Position numbers and translations under genes: made by a program | Source of the DNA: Psilocybe cubensis | Taxonomy: Eukaryota | DNA length: 64,000 nucleotides | Direction: 5' to 3' | Assembly: GCA_017499595.2 (NCBI GenBank) | Contig: CM038998.1 | Span: 4,278,001-4,342,000 of the forward strand | The notes under the pieces: model-generated | The model's input: the letters and a program-made list of their open reading frames with translations, nothing else | Database searches by the model: none | Told to the model about the DNA's origin: nothing | Shown here: piece by piece, positions 43,233-56,718 of the stretch | How positions within the stretch are numbered: the stretch's first letter is position 1 | How the letters are laid out: each line of letters starts with the position of its first letter

Positions 43233-46200
43233 ATGTCTCCTGAAAAGTCCTCTCGGAAGAAGGAACCTTTGAAAAGTCTCCAGGATATCTACGCATCAAT
43301 CTTGGGTGCATTCATTCATTCAGAGAAAGGGCCTACGTTAGAAAAAATTTGAACTGAGCTTGTGATCTTTTCTTCTTCTAGAATTGTTGTCGACAATCAA
43401 AGTTCTTCTTGATGAATCCAAGAAAACTCGGAGGACATCTCTTGACGAGAAACTAATTCGGCTAGCTTCCTTGGCCGAGTCGTTCACAGAGCAACGCCCG
43501 AAGTCACCCAAGAGTACTTGGACCCACCTTGCAGATTCCCTGGATCAAGAAGGTGTGTTATTCCCACAAGCGGGAGTCGTATTGCTTACGGCCAACGCAT
43601 TTTCCGAAGGGGTCAACCTGTGGAATATATCTGGTCTAATTCACAAAGCTCCGGACGAGGTCGGGCAGACCCACATCGCCACTCGTATGTTTTTCCCTGA
43701 TTCGGCTCTAATACTGCGATAACATTGTATTTGGGGGGCGCCACTAGTTCGATTAGCAGCCTTCCGTCTTGTGGAAGCAGGGCTGGAAATGAACCCAGGG
43801 ATAGAAAGTCGGTCCTTCTGTTCGGCCATCGCTATTCTGGTGATATCACAACTTAAGCACCCCTTACAGCACTGATCCACGTACTCCACCTAGCGAGTAA
43901 GACCGGCATGTGCCTATCCGGTATGGTTTCCCACTACAAAGTTGCATCTGTCACGATGTTATTTCTGGGGTTCATCTAACGCCGCATACTCTCCTGCAGA
44001 AAGTGGACAAAATGTTTTGGCAGTTGGCGTTCTAACGAGCGCCGCAAAAGTATCCATTTATCGTCATCTTGAGGTCCATCAGATCTCGAGCTAATTGCAT
44101 TTGTTTCATAGTTCGAAGAGCAACTTAGAAACGTGGATATCTTAGAAGACAGCCAACGTCGGTCTATAGCATGCGCTACAGTCGTTTATTACTCCAGCAG
44201 AATGGAAGCTGTGAGCGTCCTCAGCTCGCACGCTGATCATGGACTGATCGCTTGCCTAGGCGTGGAAAGATGGTAATGATAGTCTGGCGGAATACATGTC
44301 CCGGAAGATCACAGGTACTTCCTCCCTAAAGCATATGAAGGAGTTAAATCACGTGTGTTTTCCAAGATGATAAGCAACGACTTACCTTGCTCCCGTCGCA
44401 TGCAGTAAGTTCTCTTGACTATGAATAAGTATACTCCTATATGTTACTAAGGGTGACATAGCAAGAGCTTCTTGCCTACAAACTCCATCAGATCGCTGGA
44501 TCGTTCTTGACTACTGCACAAGCCGGATCGAAAACTGCAGATGCCATTGAATGGCTGCAGCGGGCATTCTCTGTCGCAGATCAACTGGAAGATACAACGT
44601 CGTCCGGCGTAACGGGGTTAAAGGTATGTCGAGCCCAATTACCCTTGTTTCTGATTCCAATCCTTTTTTTAAAGTTGACGATAATGAGAACTTTGGGTAG
44701 GTTTTTCTCACCCCTTTGTATTCAATTTTATTTGCTAATTCTATTCACACCAGCGAGAGCTTATTTTATGTCAGAAGCATATGACCGCGCTGAGAGTGTT
44801 CTTGACGAACTAATCCCAATCATTGACGCATCAAATGACCATGTAAGATATAATATTTAGGTATCTTTCTCAAAAGGACCAACTTTCATATCACACTTTC
44901 TTTCCTTTCAGACAACGTCCGAGTATCAGGAACTACGGTGGCTGAGATTATCTGTCCTTAAAAAAAGGAACGCGGGAGATGCGTCCCTTCTGAATGGTTT
45001 GTTATGGGATATGAAGAAATTGCGAATTATTTTTGTGTTAATGTATTGTAAACTAACAGCCTTCAAATCCATTATCGAACATATGGAGTTTTCGGAGCTT
45101 AACATTACGGAGTTCGTTGTTCATGCCTTGTTCGCTAATCTGTCCACTTAACTATTTGCATCTTCAGCGTTCTACAGGATTTACGAACATTGAACCATCA
45201 TTAGTAAGTTGAACCTATGTATGGAGCGCATGGAAAGTGCTCAACGGGAGCATGCATTCAGCACACTTGTCACAGCTGTTCATCAACACGCTCTTGAGCA
45301 ATGTTTGAAACGTCACAAAACAGAACCAGACCACATTCATCGGCTAATATTGTCTATGATCATACACTGTTCTAAAGATGATGATCACACAAGGGCAATG
45401 AAAACGCTGGACTCTACGTTCACATGTACGTTGACTCCAAGGCATTCCCCATATTCTTCGTAAATCGCAGATGGCAGCCATTGAGAAAGTTTCCAAATAG
45501 CCGTTTGCGACGCTGACGTCGAACTTCCAAGTGTTATTTGTACTGCGTGCCTCACGGTGTGTACTTCTTCATCTGCATAATTTCGATGGCATATATCTGA
45601 TTCAAAGTCACACACACGGACGTGTCCTATTTAGCTTATATGGCAGTATGGAGGCCGACATTACAAATCAAAGAAATGGTCGGAAGCTGCAGAATGGTAC
45701 ATGGCCGGTAGCCACAACTTGTTCCGGACCAATAGCCCCTTGACTTCCGCGAAATGTTTCCGGAAAGCAGCACTATGTCATATCGAACAGGGAGAGTATT
45801 CGTTGGCCTCCACGGTGATCCGTCGTTGTTCCACCGCCGAAGCAGCGACTCATTACATTATCTTTCTCACTGCTGTTCATCAAGGTCAGTTATTCCGCTC
45901 TTTCTACATACTAAGCCGAATTATGCTCATCACAATGATAATCTCTGCGATGCTGCTATTTAATAGGATTGGAGAGCGAAGGTTTGGCTTATGTTTACCA
46001 TTTGTGGAGTCTTCTGATGCATGGCGTCTCTTAGCTATCCGAGCAATTCAAGACATGTTGAAAGCTCCGGACTTTGACCGCAAGATGCTGCTGGTAGCCA
46101 CGCAGATTTCCCACCAGTCGGAGATGAAACCTGTTCTTCTCGTCGTGCTTGAAAGTCTTCTCAAGACCCTGAACATTGGTTCCAATGGGGAGGTTGTTGT

Positions 46201-48079
46201 TGAAGCTATGACACTCATGCGGTGCATTGTTAAACTAGTTCTCAATCTTCTTCTTGAGCCCGCAGCAAACAAGTAACCAATTATTTTTACCGCCGGAGTA
46301 GGCTAATCTCACTGTGCATGCGCTAGGCCTGTTCTGATTGACACCGTGGTAAAACAATTCCGCTCAGGTGGGTTTCGCACTCGTTCTTGATGGTCAAACC
46401 ACGGCTCAACTCTGCTCCAGCCCGCATCTTGACAGAAGCAGCAGTGTCGCAGAAGGTGGTCCCCCTCGTCTTCAAAGATATCTCATGGCTATGGCGGACT
46501 GCGTATAATTGCGCTGTACAAGGGTGCGCCGAATGGGAAAATGCAGGAGACGAGATCTCCGAATTATTTGATATCGCCAGAGAGGTGATTGTTTGGTATT
46601 CTGTCGCATAGATGGCGGCGTCTGACAACGACTTCTATTGACTTTCGCCGATTTTTACAAACATGCAGTTATTGGATTGTTGTTGTCAAGCCTCACCAGT
46701 CGAAGCCGATGCTGGACTATGTCTCCATCTTGCCAGTGCCTCTTTCGCCGCGGTTTCTGGACGAGGTCAGGATTGAAGCCTGTTTAATTCCAGGCTATTC
46801 ACATTTCCTATCTGAATAGTTTTCTCCGCTCGTGAGGTCATGGCGACCACGGGAGCCATTGGTGTATGTAGGACGGGATATGAAGTGTGGCCGTCCGTTC
46901 TAAAATTGTCCTGCACTAGGATGACCACATGCGTGCTGTCCTCGCACAGATAAAAAAAGCGATGGCTAAGATCACTGATATTTCTCGTCAAAACAATGTT
47001 CAAGACACTCGGGATAGCGATCGAATCCAACATTTCTTATATGCGCTACGTGTTTTCCAAGCAGAGTTCTCGGCGCATCTGAAAGATTGGGAGCAGTTAT
47101 CACAGGTCATAGATGTGAATTGGTTTACCTGCGATCATATACTCGTTACCTAATCATTCATTTTCAGGATATCGCAAATTCGGGTCCATTAGCCTTCGGG
47201 ACGTACGAGGCTATTGCTGATATCCTAGCGAGTACCCCCTTTTCAAAAGTTTGTATTCACATTTACTGATCGAAATGAATAGTGGCTAGATTCGGCCTGT
47301 CCTGTACACGGTGAGTGATTGGTCTTGGTATTTGCATTGATTAGCCTTACATTCGGTTCTCAACAGTGTTGTCAAAATGTTTAGAGGTGCAACTTCCCAA
47401 CTTCAGAACATGACTTGCTACCCAAGAGCAAGGCGCTGATCTGATGTCAATTCTAGGCGATTCTGCGCGCAAGCCTTCATCATAATTCCCTCTCCGTGGA
47501 GAAATTTTCCCGCTGGTTACGTGCAATTTGCACGATCAGCCTTTCTAAGGATACCACAGCTGACAGACAAAAAGCAATAGGTTATTTCGAGCATGCTGTT
47601 ACCGTCCTGAAAGATCATCACGAGGGAGAAAGCGAGGTTCGGCATCTCCTTGCATTATCTCCCACGAGTACATGGATGCACATATTTTACCATTGTACAG
47701 GCTTACCCCATGGACGAAAGGCAGTGGCTCTTAGCCACAGCATACAACACCGGCACAGAGTGTCTTCAGTCAGTTTGGATATTGGCAAATACGACTGTGT
47801 TCAAATTTATCTTCTTTTCCAGCGCATCGCTATTTGAAGAAGCAAAGAGATGGTTTGAAGTGTCGACCGTCATTTGCCGCTTTGTGCCTGGGGGGAAACA
47901 GCGTTCGGAAAAGGTATGTGCCTCGTGTTTGCAGCAGGCAAAGCCTCCCACAGAACATTCGTCGATGATTTCGACAATTCAATCCCCAGATTTCGGAGAC
48001 CTACAGTCATTTATTATCTCGATATGGGCACCAACTTTCGAGTTCTTCAATACTCCCAGCTGGTTCTTCGGTTCGGTGA
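43233..48079 (+). CDS. SPO22: Meiosis-specific TPR protein SPO22/ZIP4 (TEX11-like), many exons
   Basis: LDQEGVNLWNISG, RLAAFRLVEAG, AIEWLQRAF, AKCFRKAALCHIEQGEY, WLWRTAYNCAVQGCAEWE, EKFSRWLRAICTI, AYPMDERQWLLATAYNTG, EEAKRWFE match the fungal Spo22/Zip4 pattern. Confidence 0.8.
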
Positions 48080-50641
48080 CAAAGAATGTTCCTTGCCGTT
48101 CTCTCCAGGCTGCGTCTGTCTGCTGGTCGTTTTCTGGTCAGTCCTCAAAGACTTAATGAATGGCCTTGGGAAATTATACTTCCGGTGCTCATTCGGATTT
48201 CGTGCTATTTCCTTTTCGACTTCTATCGCATTTCTGCTACTGGCTCATTATATCTCTGGCTGTTGGTTCTGAGTGACCTTCTGAATATGTGAATGTATGT
48301 TATTCTTACTCCTGCCTCCGCTGTATTCCCAATCAATATCATTATCAACTTCCGTAAACTCGGGATATGGGACATTTTTATATCAATGTCATTTGGGGTG
48401 CACAAAGGAAACAGCGAGTGTATTCGTACTTGGTGCCGTACAGGCGATGATATAGCACCACAGGTACACGAGGAAGGCAAATTAGCGCCTTTCGCCGTGT
48501 TGAACCTGTGATATTGGACGTGCCCAAAAATGGATTCCTTTCAAACGAGTTTGGTTTATAACACATGGTCGGATCATCCCTTTGATTTCATTGATACTTT
48601 CAAGCCTCCTTTGCTGTTACGGAAAGATTTATCTAGAACTTCATATATCAGCATCCACATCCGATGGCGTTATGCTTTTTCTTGGACTAGACTCTGAGGG
48701 TCTTGTAATCCCTTGTGAACAATCCTGAGAAGTAATATGACACAGAATCAATCCCGAATCAATGATGATTCGGAAAGTTACAAAATCAGATGCATGACCA
48801 GCTCAGTTAGATGCAAAATTTAAATATCCGTCTTCCACCTACGTTGGAAACTCGATGACTATCTTGAACAGGTCTTTCGATGATGAGAAGTCCGTTGTTG
48901 CGTTCCTGGTATCTTTAACATTTAATCTTCAAGTTCGACCAGGACCCCCACGTTGTCGTACTATTATGCCTCACTTAGCGCCGAAGCTCAATTCTACATT
49001 AAACACTACGCTACCGTTGGCGTATTTGTCACCCCGAAATTTTACCTAGCGAGTGGGGTCCGACGTCAGAATTTTCTATGAGACCCTGAATAAAACCTTA
49101 GTGGCAGGTGTTTACAGTTTGCAAGCTGTCTAGAGATGCCTATGTATCTTTCACTCGTTCGGTGTCGGCTACTGATGCTGTAAGGCCCATTCCGAGGGAT
49201 GGCCTGAGCGGTTCATGTTAGGTCCGACCCCGTTCCCAGGAAGTATGAACGATTGCCCAGGGACATAAGCAGGGATAAACGGTACATAAGACACAAATTT
49301 ATGGATCGATTTCTATCTCTATTAATACAGCATGTAAAATTTTTTGGATAACAAGGTCCCAAGAGCAAGAGTCATTGATCATATGCTTTAAACGCGAGAC
49401 TCGCCAAAAATGGTGCAGACCTTTCTCTTGGACAGGTGGTTATTGAGCGCATATAGAGTCATTTTTTGTAGACAGCATGTAAAACAAAGTTTTTAAATCC
49501 CATTTGGATTTAAGACGACGATATATTGGATCCCCGGAATCGGTAAGCGACGTCAGTGAGGGAAAAACCTCAATAACCACACTGTATCTGCACAAAGCAT
49601 TTCACGACGTAGCAAAGACAGTATTACTGGCCGTAATACCCATGTAACGGGGTCAATATTAGCAGTCTAGATGATGTTAGCGATCAATTAAGGGTAGAAT
49701 TATACAAAATAGGACATCTGAAGGGTCGGTTCATGTTGGGAAAAGACATTTGGAAATCAAATCCGAGTAGAGCATTCCATCAGGACCATCACAATAAGGA
49801 CATGGAGCTACACAAGTACAACTACTGGATGAAAAGTACAACCTTTTCTTATGTAGGGTTCTTTGTTGTTCAGGCGGTTTACATGCTTCTGGCAAAAATC
49901 ATTAGGCTATGCGTTATGATCCCTGCACGGTTGGTGAATAGTTCTGTATAGTACAAAAAATTTGAATTGTTGTCTGGTAATAATTTTACCACATAAAACT
50001 TATATAACACAGGGTCAATATCACTTGTCCACTGCTAAAGAATTAAATGTGATTTGCATTCATGCATCAATGGTAATTTACCAAACACACCATGGCAATA
50101 TTGCAAGCACCACTTGCGTGAAGCTCACGGCCTTTCACATTCCAGCTTATATCCTGTACTTATTAACCACTCACAAGGCAGTCCAGACAGTGAAGGGCAT
50201 GGAACACAGGGTATACAAGGCCAAATAGGAGGCTACGCGTAGCTGGCGTTTATCATTTTCGATGGTCACAGGACTTGATATTTCTTCCCTGTGACTTCTG
50301 ATCATTGATCAATGACATCATGGGCGATTAGATCAAAAGCGCGACCATGTGATTGCTAATTACAGTATTCATGTCGCGTCTTCTACGCGTCGCGACGCGG
50401 CCATTTTGGAATTTTGAATTAAAGCAAGTTGGATGGAAGATACCGCGCTTGATGCTCTTTGGAATTCACAGAATTCATTAGTAAGGGTATTAGGACAAAT
50501 GTAGAACCAGGGACTGGCGATTTCTATTGTCACTTCTACTATCACATTTAGCTTATTTCTACATAAGGGTCCGAGTGCGTTTGGTTTGATCGATAAATAT
50601 TCATAGCCGAATACGCAGGTGTAGTTTTGTAGGAATTGTGA

Positions 50642-53600
50642 TTAGACGATACCTAGCTGCCTTGCCTCTTCCCATTCTTTGGGGTACATTTTCTGGGCCG
50701 CAGCGGGGAACAGGCTCAATCTCGCATATCCACTGCGAGTCAAAGGATCCTTAATGGACATGAGGGCCTGAACCTTAGGATTTGGAGCTACATGAACTTT
50801 AGCCATGGCTGGGTTGTCAAACTGAGGTAGAGGGAGGATGGGCTTTTCGAGTTTTGTGGTGAGCACATACGGAATAGTGTATCTGATAACCTTTCGTCAG
50901 GGACGTTTCATTGAGTTACAAGGTCAGACATACCGGTCTTGATCGATCTTGAGTGTATTGACACGATGGGTTGTGGCCACTAGCTTTCCGCCAGTGAGGC
51001 GCATAAATTGCATCCCTGTTCAGAAGATACTGTTGACTAGATGGAACTGGTGCTAGACTGATTCATCACGTACCGACATTACACACTACTCCTCCTTCAA
51101 CCATTGGAATGTCGATCCACTTTCCGCTGTGATTTTGGACTTGAAGTCCAGGACGTGATTGAATTAAACAAGTGAGGAACGTTGAAGGGTCTCGGTGCTC
51201 GTGCATTCCATTTACAAATCCTTCGCGCTCTGAAGCTTTCATCTCAGGAGTAAGAGCAAGGTAATGCCAGATGGCACAGTTGAACTCCGTCTCTGAGGGG
51301 AAATAATCGCTGATCACTGATGCTGGGACATCCAGAAGCCGTGCAATATGCTCGTTCAGCTCCAAGTTCAGGATACGATAACGTTCAAAAAGCGTTTCAA
51401 TAGTCTTTCGGAATCCAGGGAGATCCGCTGCTGGTGGCCACTGGTTTGGACCTAGTATGTGCTTAATAACTATATGATTGGATGTACGGTTAGATCGTAC
51501 CTTCGTGGATTCGAAGCCAGAAGGGAACATCTGGGTCGATGTGAGCAGGTCTTTCGGCCCCAAAGCGGTATGCCTCAGCATATGCCTGATATCATTTATT
51601 AGCGTCTATCGATACAATAAATGGTAACTAGATTACCTTGTGAGGGCCTTCGATTGTATCCCCTCGGAAGTGGCCGCGAAGGGAAGCGGAATGCTCAGTT
51701 CCAATGGCACTCTTCCACTCCGCGGGCTTGTTGAAAAATTGAGCGACCAGATCGAAGACTTCATCTTGGAAGGATTGTTCGAACCCAGGAACATTGACAA
51801 AGATCCCAAATCCAACATCCTCTAGAGCAAATTTTAACTGTTTGTAATACTCTGAAGGATTCGATTTGGCCAGGGAGAAGTCGATCGTTGGGACAGCATC
51901 GAAATCTTGCTTGGGGGATATGGTAGGAGGAACCGGTGGGGACTGTAGGGCTTCAGCACGGTGAATAGCAGCCCTCATCTTCGAAGCAAAGGATTCGACG
52001 TGCTCCTCGGAGATCATGGTGTAGTGCTCGCCGTCGACATCGATCATCTCGAAATGTTTCCCAGAGTACTCTTTCCATTTAGAAAGTCGATCACGTTTGT
52101 ATTCCTCTCTGGTGCCCATAGAAGGGAGAGGAATGGCACAAAATACAGTAGTCAACGCGCCTTCAATCCGACCCGAAGGCAGGTACGTTCGTCCTACACA
52201 GAATAAGTTGGTGATATTGTTCTCTGTTTGTTATAGGAATGACACGCACCAGTGTACGATACATCGTACGCAACATTGACCCAACGATGGAAGTAGTCGA
52301 TAGGCATGTTGAGTTCCGCAAGCCTGGATTGGTTGCAATGCGCATATGTCCATTCGATAAGCTCCCTCGAGTTTGAGGGCTCTACATCAGAGTCTCCACC
52401 AGGATTTTGCAGAAGAAGAGCAGTTTTGAAGTGTTCAAAATCTTCTGACCGAATCAATGCCAAGAACATGGAAAGATTTAATCTGAGAAAGGAGGTACGC
52501 TGTGTTAAAAGAAGCTAATTGACCATGAATATGAAGGCTCACAATGTCTCCACCCATATCAATTCTTTTACTCGGAACTGAATGAAAGGTGGCAGGTTTA
52601 GCACGCCCAGCCAAGGAACCACCTTACCCTTCTTCTCGAGTAGTTTTCCTATCTCGAAAGCAATTCCCGCGCCAAAGCTGTATCCAGCTATATAGTATGG
52701 ACCGGTGGGGTTGTTTTTCAAAATGGCATCCGTATATATATCGACCATTTCTTGCATAGACGAGGGAGGTGTTTCGCCGGCTTCAAAGCCTCTGGCACGC
52801 AGAGTATAAACCGGTCGATCGTCATTCAGAACACGGGCAAGATTAATGAAGATGAGAACTTCGCCAACACCAGGGTGGACAAGATATAGAGGTGGTTTAG
52901 ATCCTTGTGGATTGAAGCATAGGAGTGGGTTGTAGGACGCCTGATGATCGTTCCCTTTGTTGACCAGCTCTTGGACGTAGGCCGCAATATCGGATACAAC
53001 TGGACGTTGTAGCAGCTCGATGGTAGGAATGTTTACAATTCCGAAATGGTCCTGAAGGAACGTTTTCAACCGGATAAGGTGCATAGATGACGCGCCCATG
53101 TCGAAGATGTTCAGAGACAGATCGATAGATGCCAAGTCAATCTCGAAAATAACGGATACTCCTTCACAAACAACCTGCTCCAACGGCGACCGGGGGGCAT
53201 TGGAGGATGCGCGAGCCTGTTGCCGCCGAGCAGAAGCCTCGCCAATGAACTTTTCGATGACATTAAACTTTCCTTCTCCATAGGCCTTCGCTAGCGCGAT
53301 ACGTGAAACCTTTCCCAGGGCAGTCTTGACGAAGAAAACTCGGGGAAGAGGAAGGACCACATGGGGAGCCTGTGAACAAAAGGCCGCACAGACATTTCGT
53401 ATGCGTTGACTTGTATTGAGCACGTTCTCCAATTGGTCGTCAGTCAATGAGTTCAAAGTAGCCTCCTCGATTGCCACGTCGGTATGCTGGTAGAACACAG
53501 TGTATGTTTCGGTATCAGCACCTTCAAGTCGCAATGCACACACAAAAACAAGTGAACTTTCAACCCCAGAAATGTTGGAGTCTGCTATGTAGTGCTCAAT

Positions 53601-55112
53601 GTCAACGTTGGGATGTTTGACGCCGTTGACGTTGATGACGTCCTTGTGTCTGCCAAGCATGTGAACATTACCATCGTCGTCAACCAATGCAAGGTCTCCA
53701 GTAACAAACCAGCCATCCGAAGTGAAAGAGTCATTTGTAGCGGTCTCGTTCGCATAGTATTGGGAGAATATAGACGGTCCAGACATTTGCAACTGTCCAA
53801 TGGCACCTGGAGGACAAGGTAGCGATGTTTGGGGATCCATAATGCGGACCCTTCCTCCATCGTGAGAAGTACCAATCGAAAGATAGGTCAAAGTCCCATA
53901 GTCCGCGACGGCAGGTCGTATTGGCAAGTTGTTATATATGATTCCTGCCTATGGTCCCAGTCAGGGGTCGTCGAAGGTTGAGAAGAAAAAACCACGAACC
54001 CCCGTTTCAGTCATTCCAAACGCGGCCCTTACCGTTGTCCGGGAACTGCCGAAGCGTTCAATGATATCACTGAACTCAACGGCTGTCGTAACAGGGTTCG
54101 CTTCACCACCTGTAATCAAAACTCTAAGCGCCGATAGGTCCAAAGATGCCGAAGAAAGAGAAGCATCCCGACAAATTTGGGCCAGCAGAAAGTTTGGGCT
54201 GAACGTATGGGTAATTTTGTACTTAGAACACCAATCAAGCAAATTTCGTGGCTTGCGAATTATCGAAGATGGTGAAGCCTGGTATTGGCTGAGCAAATAC
54301 AAGGTTGGTTTAATACCGTGCAAAATATCACAGCCAAGGACTTACGATGCGCCGGCCCAGATAGCATGAAGATGTGTTTCTGTGACATTTGCCACATGGT
54401 CGAAATTGATCCAATTGAGGAAGCTGTCGCTTTCCCGGGTACCATGTTTCTGTGTTTTTCCTCTTACGGCTGACAGTAATACTGAGTGTGGTAGGACCAC
54501 TCCTTTAGAGTTTCCCGTAGATCCTGACGTCAGCATAATGGCAACTGTCTCATCTGTCGAGGCAACACGCGAAGGATAAATCGCGTCATCCAGGGATGGG
54601 TCGAATCTTAATGTCGAGTTGGTAATTTGCTGGACGTCGACGATTTTAAACTCTGGAACCAGCTTCTTAACGATTAAGAGTGTTGCAGAGTCAGATATGA
54701 AGGTAGGTTTGTGGAAAAGGTTCTGAAGGTGATTCAGAAGTAGAGCTTGTCGAGTTTCGTCGGGGTGAAAAGGCGGAAGAGGACATATAGGAATACCAGC
54801 TGACACAGTACATTTTAGCTTCTAAGTGACTCAAAGTAAAAAAAAAACGTTCTAACCGAAGGCACATCCCCAAAAGAAGAGTATATGTGTTCTCTGGTCA
54901 TCGAATTTGGTTACGACTATGTTTTTACCGCCACTCTGAAGGCCTGACGCGAGAAGTGCTTTGGCAATTTGTTTCGCAGAGTCCGCAAGGTCGACAAATG
55001 TCAAGGTACTTGTTATGTCTCCAGAATCATCAAGGAAGTGAATAGGATTGTTCGAAGCCCCCGCACGTAAGGTGAGAAGTTCTGTAATTGTCGTCGGTTC
55101 AGTGGTATGCAT
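50642..55112 (-). CDS. Quinone-synthetase-type NRPS-like enzyme A-T-TE fused to a C-terminal Fe(II)/2-oxoglutarate dioxygenase domain (PpaA1-like architecture)
   Basis: A: LTSGSTGNSKGV, WINFDHVA, FSPNFL, GGEAN, AFGMTET, GWFVTGDLA, KTALGK; T: FDMGASSMHLIRLK; TE: LVHPGVGEVLIF, GYSFG, LNLPP, GEHYTM; dioxygenase: VPTIDFS..DVGFG, GPNQWP, HRD, GLQVQN, THRV. Confidence 0.92.
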
Positions 55113-56718
55113 CTTGTGGCCAACAAAAGGATGAAGGTGCCTTGCCTAGGAGGCGGGGTGTATCCTTATCATTTAAGCAATTTGTGACAGAAATTGACAC
55201 TGCGCTGTGAGAAAACGAATCTGAATTTAAACACTGATGCCACAAACAGCTACTACTCATGAAATGCGTGTTGATATAAATGGCGCATAGCATTTTAAAT
55301 TAAGCTCGACGGGCGAAACAGGTGCTCCAGTGTCCGATACGAGTATTCAATAGATAGTAACATTCTCAGAGTTCGGGGAAGAGTAAGTATCAGAAGCTAC
55401 AGAAAATCCGGAAGTCTCAGTTGATGAGTTACACCAGTCAACACATGTTCATGGGAAATGAAGTCTCACAGCATATTGTTATTTGCTGCATACGAATGTA
55501 CGGATGCTCCTGTTCTGTTCTTGTTGTCCATGGCTATCCATCTGCCATGGTCACGACAAGAGGGGGCAACAAAATTACTAAAATATAATCTATTCATTAG
55601 TGGTATATGTAATTAAAAATGATATCTACCATCCTAAGGCTCTTGTGTATATCTAGCAATTAAAGTAGGATTGAATGAAATATATCCTAGTAGGGTGTAA
55701 AACGTCCTGTAGTATGACTAGAATAGCAATACCAGTTCATCAACCCCTCTAAATCCCCAACTAACACCGATAAGAAATGGGCAAGCCTTTCAGTGAGAGT
55801 ACGTTCAATCATTTACATAAATGTCCGTTCAAACGGGACATCTGGCGCTAACAGGTCGTTCAGCTGATGGGAGCCATTGCTAGCCGGTAAGGCTGGTTGA
55901 CTTTCGGGCGCTGCGACTCCATCGCTGTGAGTCGAAGCTGATGGGACCTTTTGTTCGGGATCGACTGCTCGATTCAAAACATGGAAAATCCTAAAACGTG
56001 GACAACCATCGGCACAGAATTCAGCCCATATCTAATAATGCACGCTTATTAGCTCTTTTCAACAACCCGAGCCGTATCTTCGAGCGACCCGAGCTCACCA
56101 GCATAATTCGTGAGAAATCTACCTGCTGACGCTCCCACTGGTGTCCATGTCAAGCGCGCGGCCCTCCATTACGGACTAGGCTATTTATATCTTCGACTCA
56201 CGCTGTTGGTTACTCCTCTGCCTTAAAATAGAGCTGGGGATGTCAGATAGACGGGTGTGTGACCACTGATTATCAAGGGAGAGTCAAGAGGTGGCACATC
56301 GTGGAAAAGATCAAAGAAATCTGATTGAGCTGGTTGTGTACCGCCTCGTATGAATACTTCGTTGCCACTCCAAATTTGAAAAACTCCTGCAACTCGTTGT
56401 TTTCTTACCGATTTTCTTGCCCCAGGTGAAGTTTGCCTTTGATTTGTAGTGAGCATGAGAATGAAACAGTGATGTTTTTACTGCGGCAGAATCTCACTTG
56501 CCGTTTATGACTGTCGAATTTTCGTCAGGTAGATGAAGTAATGAGTTAACCTCTCCTAATCACGATCTTACGATAGCGAAGAATGGCGCCCATGTTACTG
56601 TTCCAAGAGTGCTTCTTCTATGTGATGACTGAGTCATCAGTGTGACTCTGATCTGAGCGATACCATATTATGGAGAAAAGCAGCGGAATTGTCTTCACTC
56701 TTCCCTAACCAACCCACA
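55113..56718. promoter_or_regulatory. Divergent (bidirectional) promoter region of synthetase and O-methyltransferase
   Basis: Head-to-head ATGs at 55112 (-) and 56719 (+); perfect palindrome TGATGACT-G-AGTCATCA at 56623-56639. Confidence 0.55.

Noticed and set aside
49185-49250. tRNA A-box-like TGGCCTGAGCGG
   Set aside because: No cloverleaf or proper T-loop could be formed.
49690-50460. Stop-riddled Cys/His-containing frames next to palindrome CGCGTCGCGACGCG (50386-50399), possible TE or pseudogene remnant
   Set aside because: No terminal repeats or identifiable transposase motif.
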